64,000 nt of DNA, from positions 460,585-524,584 of the forward strand of contig JADJIQ010000005.1 in NCBI GenBank assembly GCA_016707005.1. Reading direction: 5' to 3'. Below the pieces are notes generated by a model. It had not been told where the DNA came from and did not search any database. It saw nothing but the letters and a program-made list of their open reading frames with translations. Below are positions 28,791 through 40,700 of the stretch, piece after piece (position 1 is the stretch's first letter; each line of letters opens with the position of its first letter). A program made the position numbers and the translations under genes. Source of the stretch: Ignavibacteria bacterium. Lineage in GTDB: Bacteria; Bacteroidota; Ignavibacteria; Kapaibacteriales; Kapaibacteriaceae.

Positions 28791-31700
28791 TTAACGACGG
28801 ACCAGACGGACCACCCAACGTTCGCTACCCGTGGTGACGACCACGTTGTAGACACCGTTGGCGAGGATACCCATGTCGACCGACGTGCGGAATGCACCGC
28901 CGTTTGCGGCCTCATTGAGTGTCATCACCAGCTCGCCGACTGCATTGACAAGTTCAATGCGAACCGGACCAGCTTGTGTGATCGTTGTTTCGATAGAGAA
29001 CTGACCATTCGATGGATTCGGGAAGACGCGGAGTTCGGCTTGACGGCCGGCTACTACATCTTCATCGACATCCGTGAGGATAACATCGAATGCTTCAGAG
29101 ACCGAGGCGCAGGTGTTGTTATCTGCGATCTCAACACGGTACGAGCCTGGCAGAGCCACTGTGTACGTCTTGGCCGTAGCTCCAGCGATCATTGTTCCGT
29201 TGCGGAACCACTGCCACGACTGAGCAACTGCTGAGTTCGCGGTGAGAACATCACCCATGCGGGAGATCGTAGGAATAACAGGCAAGCTGTTCACCGTTAC
29301 CACTGTCTTAGTTGAGTTAGCAGGGCACGACGTGTTGTTCGTGACCGTAACCCAGAACTCGCCACCATTTTGCACCGTGATCGTGCGGCCAGTTGCGCCG
29401 TTCGACCAGATGTATGATGCGTAGCCAGCAGGTGCAGTAAGTGTTACAGCACCACCTTCGCAGAACGTGGTTGGGCCGTTTGCTGTGATGACAGGAGGAG
29501 CGACAGGAGCGACCGTGATACCAACGGTATCGGACGAACCAACGCAACCATTCACGTCAACAACTTGGCAATAGACCGTATCCGTTTGACGGATGATGAT
29601 CGAGCGAGCTGTGCCGTAATTCGTGCCTGAAGTAGATACCCATGTGTACGATACGAAGCCAGCCGGTGCGCGTACTTCAACGCTGTCACCTGAGCAGAGA
29701 TTCGCAGAACCAATGAGTGTAAGAACCGGTGCAGGTGTTGGATTCACAACTACGTCAACTTCCGTTGATGTGCCTGTGCAGCCATTGTTATCAGCAACAG
29801 TTACAGTGTACGAGCCAGATTGTGTGACCACGATCGATTGCGTTTGAGCGCCGTTCGACCAGAGGTACGCATTGAATCCGGAAGGAGCTGTAAGTGTTAC
29901 GCTACCACCTTCACAGAACGTTGTTGGAGCATTGATCGCGATGATCGGCAGCGTGCTTGGGAATACGTTCACTTGGATCGTATCCGAGCTATTAGAGCAA
30001 CCGTTTTCATCCGTCACTGTGCACCAGTACTTGCCCGTTGTGCGAACAACGATGCTACGTGCTGTTTCACCTGTGTTCCAGATGTACGAAGAGAAGCCGA
30101 TCGGTGCGCTGAGAGTCACATCTCCACCTTGGCAGAATGTCGTCTGGCCAGAAGCCGTCAGAACTGCGTTTGGAAGAGCGTTGACTGTAACGTTGATCGT
30201 ATTCAGAACCGTGCAAAGGAAGCCATTCACTTCTGTAACCGTCAGTGTAGCAGCACCCGGGAGTGTCCACTCAACTGTTACGTTCGGTGTGCCTTGACCA
30301 GCACGGATGATGTTGCCACCAGAAACTGCCCAGCTATAGGTGTTACCAGGGATACCCGGTGTGCTATAGTTCTGAAGCGAATTCTGGCAAGCAGACCTTG
30401 GACCAGAAATGACTGGGTTCGGAAGCGGATTGATCGTTACAGACAGCGATCCAGTTGCTGAGCAACCGAAGCTCGATGTATGTGTGACCGTGAGGTTACC
30501 CGTGATCGGTGTAAGACCAGAGTTAGCCCACTGAACACCGATCGTGAGTGTTCCTTGACCCGAGACGATAACACCGTTTGTTACAGTCCAGCTTGGCTGA
30601 AGGCTACCTGAGCCCGCTGTGATCACAGGGATGCTCGATGTATACGTTGCCGTGTTGATGGTTGCTGGCGAATCTGAAAGATCCGTTGCGCAGACCGGTG
30701 ATGGACCTGTGATCGATGGTGTTGGAGGAATTGGACGGATTGTGACGTTGAGCGTGTTCACACCGAAGCATGTGCCTGCAGGGAGAACATCAGCAACATC
30801 TTCACGAACGCTAACCGTAGCAGCTGTCGTGTTCGGCCAAACCGGAGCACTCCACGTTACACGGATCGTGTTCGGAGCAAGGTTCACATACGTGCCGCCA
30901 ACAACGGTCCATGTATATGCATTACCCGATACGAATGGTGTTGTGTAGTCTTGAACGCTGTTGCCACATGGATTGACTTGACCTGTAACGACCGGCGTTG
31001 GCGTCGGACGGATCAGGATCGTGTCAGTATCCGTTGTGATACAGTCAGAACCAGGAACAGTCTCGGTGCAAGCGATGGTACCGTTACCGGCAGCACCCCA
31101 AAGAACCGTGATCTGATTTGTGTTGCTACCAGCAGTGATCGTACCACCTGTTACAACCCACTGGAAGACATTTCCAGGTGTTGGTGTTACAGAGTAGACG
31201 TGTGTGCTGTTGTTGCAAACGATACCCGGACGGCGTGTGATCGGATTACCGTAGCCCGTTGCAGACTGGATGTCTGGCGTTGGGATCGGGTTAACGCGGA
31301 TGTTCACCGTTGTTGTTGTGAAGCAGAAGCCACCAAGAGCTGTTTCTGTCACACTCATTGTGTGAAGACCAGGCTGGATCCAGCGAACTGTGATCGTGTT
31401 GCTTGTTGGATATCCTGCGATCGTAGCGAAGGCGTTCGTTGGTGTGATCACCCAGTTATAGGTGCTACCTGGAACGGCTGGCGTAGAATACGTGTGTTCC
31501 TTGTTGATACAGACAACTGTCGAACCTGTGATGTTCGGTGTTGGCGTGTAGCTCACAGCAACATTCTGCGTAACAGTCTTGAAGCACGGCGTTCCCGTCG
31601 TGGTTTCTGTTACTGTCAGCGTGTTGTTGCCGATCGTCTGCCACGTTACCGAAACAGTGTTAGCTGTTGCTGTACCGTTGATAACACCACCTGTTGCAGT

Positions 31701-34700
31701 CCAGAGATACGAGCTCGTGCCAACGAATGGCGTTGAGTACGTGATCGTTTGACCTTGGCAAGCTTGGTTTACAGCACCACCCGGTGTTACGCGGGAGATG
31801 GCTGTTGCTGTTGGTGTTTGCTGAACAGTGACGTTCAGTGTTGCACTGCGGAAGCAGTTACCAGAGACGTTTGTCTGCGTGACGCCAACAGCATATGTAC
31901 CAGCGTTATTCCATGTGACGGTTACGCTCGAACCAGTGATGGAGGAGACGATCGTGCGATCGGCTGCCGTACCACCAATTGTCCAGTTGTACGTGTGACC
32001 AGGAACTGCTGTTACTGAATATGTCTGCGTTGTACCAGAGCAAACTGGTGTGCCACCAGAGATGACTGGGTTTGGCTGCTCTTCAACCGAAACGTTGAGC
32101 GATGTTGTGCCGACGCAACCGGTGTTAGCCGTTGCTGTCTCAACAACTGTCAGCGTTTGATTTCCGAGTGCTGTCCAGTTCACTGTCACTGCATTTGCAT
32201 TGTTGACACCAGTGATCGTACCGCCCGTTACTGTCCAGAGGTACGTTGTACCGCCAAGGTTCGGAGTGGAGTACGTGATCGTCTCATCCAAGCAAGCTTG
32301 GTTAAGAAGACCAGCTGGTGAAGTACGTGTAATGACCGGAGTTGGCTTAGCAGTTACTGTAACGTTCGCTGTAGTTGTGACGACACAAAGACCAGCTGTT
32401 TCCGTTACCGTAAGTGTGCGTGTACCGGCTGTGAGCCAGAGCACTGTGATCGTGTTGTTCGTTGTACCAGAAGCGATCGTACGATCCGTTGCTGTGCCCG
32501 AAACCGTCCAAGCATATGTGCTGCCAGCTTGTGCCGGTGTGCTATACACTTCTGTTGAGTTCGAACATGCATTGAGATTGCCGGAGATCGTTGGCGTTGG
32601 CATGCGTGTGACAGCAACATTCTGAGTCACAGTCTTGAAGCACGGCGTTCCCGTCGTGGTCTCCGTCACTGTGATCGTGTTGTTACCAACTGTCTGCCAT
32701 GTTACCGAGACAACGTTTCCTGTAGCCGAACCGTTGATCGATCCACCAACTACTGTCCAGAGATATGAGCTTGCGCCGTTCGCTGGTGTTGAGTAGGAGA
32801 TCGTTTCACCGTTACATGCTTGATTGAGCGGAGTACCAGAGACACGCGAGATCGCAGTGGCTGTTGGTGTCTGCTGAACCGTCACAACAAGATTTGCTGT
32901 GCGTGAGCAGTTACCGGAGTTGTTCGTTTGAAGGACCGACACCGTGTAGGAACCGGCGTTGTTCCACGTTACGGACATGCTGCTACCAGTTACACTCGTG
33001 GTGATCGTGCGATCTGCTGCCAGACCGGTGATCGACCAGTTATATGTGTGACCAGCGACGGCTGTTACCGAATACGTTTGTGTTGAACCGGAGCAAACAG
33101 GTGTTCCACCTGAGATAACCGGATTTGGCTGCTCTTCAACCGAAACGCTGAGCGAAGTTGTTCCGACGCAACCGGTGTTAACCGTTGATGTCTCTACAAC
33201 CGAAAGCGTTTGGTTTCCGATAGCTGTCCAGTTGATGGTTACAGCGTTCGCATTGTTTACACCAGTGATCGTTCCACCTGTTACCGTCCAGAGGTACGTT
33301 GTGCTACCACCGTTTGGTGTGGAATACGTGATCGTCTCATCCAAGCAAGCTTGGTTAAGAAGACCGAGCGGAGATACACGTGTGATGACCGGAGCTGGCT
33401 TAGCAGTTACTGTGACGTTCGCCGTGGCCGTTGCTGTGCAAAGACCAGCGGTTTCAATCACTGTAAGAGTGCGAGTGCCGGCTGTGAGCCATTGAACTGT
33501 GATCGAGTTGTTTGTCAAGCCCGAGGTCGTGCGATCTGCAACTGTACCCGACACAGTCCAAGCATACGTGCTACCGGCCACTGCTGGTGTGCTATATGTT
33601 TCGGCGCTATTCGAGCATGCGTTGAGATTGCCCGTGATCGATGGTGCAGGCATGTACGTTACAGCAACGTTGAGCGTAGAAGTAGCCGAGCAAAGACCCG
33701 TTGCTTCCTTCTCAACAACTGTAAGTGTCTGCGTGCCGATCGTTGTCCAGCGAACTTGAACTGCGTTCGTTGTTGCGCCAGAAACGATCGTTGCACCAGT
33801 TACCGTCCACTGATACGTTGCTCCAATGTTGTTAGCAACAGAGTAGGCAACGTTACCTGGGTTTGTGACCGCGTTGTATGCGCACACTTGTGTTGGACCA
33901 GTGATGGTCTGCACTTGTGGCTGATAACGGATCGTGACGAGCACTGTGGCCGAACCTGTGCAACCGCTCAGAGTATTCGTTTCTGTCACTGTAACGTTTG
34001 ACGACAGTGTAGAACCAACACCTGGATTGGTGAACTTGATCGTGAGGGCATTAGTACCCGAGCCACTTACGATCGATCCGTTAGAGAAGCTCCACGAATA
34101 CGTGTTGCCCACAACGTTCGGCGTGCTGTATGTAGCGATCTGCTCACCGCACACGTTTGTCGGACCAGTGATGGCCGGCGCAGGTGGGTTCGTGATCGTT
34201 ACGTTCTGTGATACAGTGGTTGTGCACTGTGATGATGTGTGCCACTTAGCAAGAGTGATCGTGCCTGTACCTACAGTGTTCCACTTGACATAGACAGTAG
34301 TGCCATTGTCCGGACCAGGATTGTTACCTGTTACATCCGAGATAATGCCGCTTGTAGCTGTCCACTTGTACGAGAACGTACCAGCAGTTGGATCTGTCTG
34401 ACCATACTGGATCACTTGGTTAAGGCATGAGCCACCTGTTGCACCACCTGGGGTGAGACGCGTGATCGTCGGAGCCGGTGTTGGAACGATCGTGATCGTG
34501 CGTGTTACCGTCTTCGAGCAAGTTGTAGCGTTTGTTGTTTCAACAAGCTGGAGCGTGAACGAGTTGCCACCGCCGATAGCGCCCGTAAGGACCGTTGCTG
34601 TTGCCTGATTGGCACCAGCTGTGATCGTTGCGTTACTACCGCCGAGCATTGTCCATGCATAGCTGTTAGCAGGAGCATTGTTTGCTGTGCTGTACGATGC

Positions 34701-37700
34701 AACGGCATTGTCGCACACTACGCCTGGGCCATTGATGACCGGGTTCGGCGTTGGGTTAACGTTGACGTTGAGAGTTGTACGGTTGAGGCAACCAACAACA
34801 CTTGTTTGTGTAAGCGTGATCGTAGCATTCGGGTTAGGAGTTGTACCCCATGTTACCGTGATGCTATTGCCATTCACTGCTGTGATCGTCGATGGGTTAC
34901 CAACAACACCTGTGCCTGTTGCACCACCTGGTGTTGTGATCGTTCCACCAACAACATCCCACTTATACGTGTCGCCCGTGAAGAGCGTGGCCGTGTAGAT
35001 CGAAGTCGACGTTGGTGAACCAGTTGAATTCTGGCAAACCTGCGTTGGACCTGTGATCACTGGCTGTGGTTGTGGGTACACCGTCACGTCATACGTGAGG
35101 TTCGTCACGCAACCACCGTGTGACGGTGGAAGTGTTACAGCAAGCTGGATCTGACCGATGTTCGTGCCGCCCGTAGCGTGCCACTCTGTAACGATCGATG
35201 TTGTGTTTTGACCGCTGCGGATCACACCGACAACAGGACCAGTTGGCATGTTCCAGAGATACGTTGTTCCGGCAGGGAACACGCAACCAGGTGCACGTGC
35301 TACTGTGTACGTTGTGAGGTGCTCTTCGAAGCCACCATAGATACATGCCGTTGTTGGACCGCTGATCGTAGCATCTGCAACAGTTGGGTTGATCGTCACC
35401 GTCACAACCGCTGTGTCAGGGCATCCGAAGACGTTCGTTTCGATCATGCGGACCTTCACAGGCAATGGATTGTATACACCATTGCATGAAAGAAGGTGGG
35501 TTCCCCATGTTGTGACGAACGGATTAAGCGTACCAAAGCCTGTGTTGTTTCCAACGAGTGGAGTTGTACCTGTTGGAGGATTTGTTGTTACCGGAATCTC
35601 TACGGTGTTGTCGACAACACCAAGGATCTTCCAATCATACGTTGCAGCCCATCCACCGAAGGAAGGAGTTGCAGCCGTATATGTACCAACCGATGGACCA
35701 CATGCTGGGTTTGAACCCGAGAATGAAGCAACCGGCTTAGGATTGACGGTAACGTCCGTACCCGGAGCATCTGATACAGGGCAAGCTGAAGCTGGGATCG
35801 GACGAGCATAAACTCCTGCACCGGTGCGCAGTTGAGCGCGCACTTCGAAGTTTACGATCGTTGGAACGGCTGGGTTTGTCGGAAGAACGCTGAGAGCTGG
35901 AATCGAGATCGGACCGATCGCGCCACCAGTACCATTGAAGGTAACAGCAGGAGCCATCGAAACACCGTTGCGGAGGATCTCATACGTTACACCGTCTTGT
36001 GAACCAGCCTGGGTGAAGATCACCGGCTGTTCCCAACAAACTGGGTTCGGTGTGTAGCTATTCGCTTGAACAAGCGGAAGAGCGAAGACCGTAGCTGTTG
36101 GATGCTGCGTGAGGATCACGAAGCAAGCAGGCGGATTCGTGTTCGACGTTGCAACTACTTCATACTCGTAGTTCGCAGCGGCAAGCAGTGGATAACCACC
36201 AACTGGGTTTGTGTTGTCGGCAAGGAGGAGTGCTCCACCTGTACCTACAGCGCTAATACCAGTTGACACGAATGCTGCCGGTGGCAATGCTGCACCGGTT
36301 GCATTGTCGCGGATCTGACGACGGAAGAGTTCATACGTTACCCAGTTCTCAGATCCAGCTACTGTAACGTTTACGAGGTCACCAAAGCACACAGGCGTTG
36401 GAGCGATCGTTACAGCAAGAGCTGCATTCGGGATCTGATGAACATTAACTGTGGCATCACCTGTCGAAACGATATACGGTCCGCATACCGGAGCAAGATT
36501 AGATGCTACAACACGGAACAGATACACCGTAGGTGCAGGAGCAACAGTTGTGAAGGCAAGATCTGCTGTAGGAACAACAAAGTTCAGAGCAGCACCAGTA
36601 CCATTTTGAGCAGCAACCGTTGCGTTAGCCCATGTACCACCACCGTTGGTTGAACGTTGGACTTGATACGAGTAACCAACTTGCGAGTTTGCAAGCGTGA
36701 GTGGTGCCGTTTGGGCACCCGTGTTGCAGATGTCTTGTGGTGTAACACCAAGAGCATACTGAGTTGGGATAACATTGAGTGTGACGTTGTAGTCAGGTGT
36801 CGTTGCACCGCAACCACCAGGGTGCACTTCCGTGACCTTGATCTTTGCAGGTGACGCACCATAGAATACAACACGCACGCGTGATGCATTCAATGTGCCC
36901 GGAAGAAGCTGGCTAGCAACCGGAGCTACGTTACCAGCGATCGTTGTGTATGCACCACCATTGTTCGTTGAGTACGCAACGATATAACCATTCGATATCT
37001 GCCACGAGTACGTGTTGCCAAGTACTTGTGGAGTAGCGAAGTCATATGTGTACGTGAACGGACCAGCGTGTGGCATGCCAACCGGATCTACCAAGTTCTG
37101 GCAGACAACGTTTGGATTCAAGCCAGCAGTAGGAACATTGATAACGATCGATGGAGTTGGAACCGGGTCAACTACGAAGTTTGTCACTGTTGACGTTCCG
37201 CAACCCGAAATAGCATCAACCCCTGTCACTGTAATTGACTTCGGACCTGCACCACCAAGATTTGTGATCTGACGTGTGAGGTCGGGAGCTGGTCCAGCCG
37301 CATTCAGAACTATGCCACCACCTGGAACCCAAACATAGTTAACTCCCGGTTGGCCTGCCCCACCGTTTGTTGCCACTGCAACATTGATCGGTACCGGTGT
37401 ATTGACGCAGAATGGAAGAACCGGAGCAAATGTGATCGGAGCCGGTGCAGGACGTGCATAAAAGGTTGTGTTGGTTGAACCAACCAAGCTGACGCAGCCT
37501 GCTGCCGATGTGAGTTGTGCATTGATCGTCACGACAACGCTCTGTGGTACAAGTGCCGCGTTTTGTGGCAATTGACCCCATGTGATCGTACGTGCGACGG
37601 CACCAACTGGCTGAGCAAAAGGACTGCCAGTTACAACTGTTCCAACCGGAGCGCCAGTTACGTTAACTGCAAGCGAACCAGCCTGAGCCGTTGTGATCGT

Positions 37701-40700
37701 GTAGTTCGTCGTAGAAACTGGGTTCTGCGGGGAAGCTGCACACGCTGTTGCCACCGGTGTGATGACCGGAGCTGAAGGCACCTGGTTGATCGTGAACGCC
37801 TGCGTCACAGTTGCTGCACAAGTGGTTGTTGTGTTTGTTACTGTAAGTGTAAGCGAGTACGAAGATGTAGCAGCCGGAGGATTCGTGAATGTCACGATCA
37901 TCGTTGGATTGTTATTCACGCCAAGCGTACCGATACCGTCTACGTCAAGGGCTTCTGCCCACAAGTAGGTAGGAGCACCACCACCATTGACAAGTGCCAA
38001 TGTTGAGAACGTATGCGCTTGATTACCGCAAAGCGTTGGAGCTGGTGCACCAATGCTGAACGTAGGATTTGGGTTGATCGTGATTGTGTAGGTCTTTACA
38101 GCCGCACAACCACCTTCTGTGTATTCATGAGAGATGGTACCGGTTCCGGCAGCACCCCACTGAACACTAAATCCACCAGGACCAACTCCAGTAACGCCCG
38201 GACCACCAAGAGCATAGCCACCAACGAATGGGGCTTGTGGTGTTCCACCTGAAATTGTAAACGAATGGGACCCAGCACCTGTTGCGGTATACGCGACTGG
38301 TGCTGCTGGTGACGCACACGTTGCAAGTGCTCCAGTGAGTACAAAGGCTCCTGTAGGAGGAGTCGCAATAACAGTCACATTAAGCGTCGAGCTAGCGTTA
38401 CAGCCAAGGGCAGTACGCTCATCAACGGTAACTGTGCCTGCACCTGGGGCTGACCACTGAACAGTGATAAGCGATACACCAAGATTGACGTTTCCAGGTG
38501 TTGTTGTAGATGTTGCAGGAAGAGCAGTTGTTGTTGCTGCATTCGCTGCGACGATCGTTCCACCACCACCAGTGACCGCCCAACGATAGCTGTTGCCAAC
38601 TGTGACCGTATTGAGCGTGTATGAATACTGAATTGGGTTTGGAGCCGATTGGTATGAAGGATTACCAAGTGTGGCAGGTACAAACTGACAAGGTGTGTTC
38701 GAACCAACGATCGATGGCGTTGGGAGCGGGTTAACCGTTGTTGTTGTGCTATACGTGCGTGTGCAACCACTAGCAGTTGTTTCAAGAACAGTCATTGTTC
38801 CTGTACCAGCTGCCGTCCAGTTAAGCTGACGCGACTGATTTGCAACAACGTTTGCCGCAAGTGGTGTTCCGTTTGGATATCCGGCTGAACCGCCAGTATA
38901 TACAAATGGAAGACCTGAGGCCGTGTATGTATATGTATTACCCGCAACACCAACAAGGCCAGTTCCGCCATTGTTCGTGATGGAGTACGTCATATTCGTA
39001 CCGGCACAAACACTCGCAACTGAACCGGCTACCGCATTTGTTGGCGGAAGTGGGTTAACAGTAAAGGATGTCTGCAACACCGGTCCTGGGCAGAGATTGC
39101 CCGGCCCGTTGAAAGCCTGCACTTGGACCGTTACTGTTGCAGCCGCGGCCGGTTGTACCGGTTGATTCGTTACGGTGACGACCTTTGTGTTCGTGCTACC
39201 TGCAGGGAATGTAGCTCCGATGGTGTTCGTTACGAACGCCCATGCATAGGAACCATAACCAGCAGGAGTCGAGTAAGTCACATTGTTCGAGCCTGTTGCC
39301 ACCGCACAGATAGCACCTGGTGCTACTGTAAGAGGTCCAACCGGAACCGAATAGATCGTTACACGATTAACGAACGTGCTGATCGCTGAGCAGTTCGTTG
39401 GTGCCGGACCAGTTTCTGTTACCTGGATGTTGTAGCTCGTACCGGCGTTCGATCCGCCAGCAGGATACTGGATATCCGCGATCTGGTTCTGAGCACCCGA
39501 AAGGATGATCGTGGCACCAGGTGCTGTTGTCGACCATGCCAGTGTTGATGTAGCAATAGATGGTACAGCTACATATTGAACAGTTGCACCTTGGCAAATG
39601 TTCTGAGTACCTGTGATCGAGCCAATTGCTACCGGTTGGGCATTCGCAACAACTGCATAATCCGCAGTTTGAACCGTTGTACAGTTATTGAGCGTTGTGA
39701 TACCATAATAGTACCACGTACGATCCACCGTTGCGGCAGGAAGGGCTGTAACGAGATCCCACGTAGGTCCAGCGCCGCCAATTGTTCCAAGTGCTGTTCC
39801 ACCTGCACCTACGCAAGGCACATTTGGAGTTGGGCAGCGGAAGAAGGCTGTTTGTGTGCCAGCGAGTGCCAGCGGACCAGGAACCCATGAGTATACTTCA
39901 TTGAGGAATGGACCGCCAGCGCCAGGACGTTGGTCTTGACCAATCGTTGCTTGCGGTGGCTGACAAAGCGAGAGAAGACCGATCGTGTGTTGGTCTTGAG
40001 CTGCTTGAACGTTCAGAGCGTTGTCGTCGATCTGCTCTACGAAGATGTCGATCTGACCAGCATCTGCGTCACCTTCAAGGTGAAGGACCAGCTGAACAGA
40101 GACTGTTGCAGGATTTGGAGCACCCGGTGGGATCGGTCCCGGTGGGTTTGGATAGAAGTACGGAACATCGTCAAACGTGACGATGAGCGTTGTACCTACG
40201 AGTTCATACCAGATCTGTCCGCCAACCTGTGGCGAAAGGTCCGTATTTGCCAGGTAGATAGCATCATATGTAGCACCTGCACCCGGAGCGGCCAGATTGC
40301 GCGGGGCGATCTGAACTGCGAGTGGGTCGTTGCGGAACGTGATGAAACCATTCGAGCCTACATAGAAGCCGTCAACCGCAAGGTCAATGAGGCGTCCATG
40401 AAAACGGAATTGGCCGGCAACGTTCTGCTCAGCAGAAACTTCGTCGTCGTCCAATGCCAGATTAACCTCGGCGCCGCCTGGTGCGGCGAATGCGTAGCCA
40501 GGTGCAGCACCGTTAACAGCATAACCGATATTGATACCGGGAGCTGTCAGGGTGGCCCGAAGTGTTGTGTTCTGTCCTGCACAGACCGGGTTCGGACCCG
40601 GACTGGCCAACAGATCAACGGTTTGCGCCTTCACCGAGATGCCTGTTAGCAACCCGGCGGTCGTAATGACCGTCAACAACAGAGCCTGGAGCCAACGCCC

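Noticed and set aside
29820-40649. Many long plus-strand ORFs (up to 263 aa) inside the giant gene region, for example 29820..30461, 30951..31736, 33210..34001 and 39930..40649.
   Set aside because: They are antisense to a continuous 12 kb minus-strand ORF with coherent domain repeats and a CTD. They are Cys/Arg-rich low-complexity translations typical of antisense frames.
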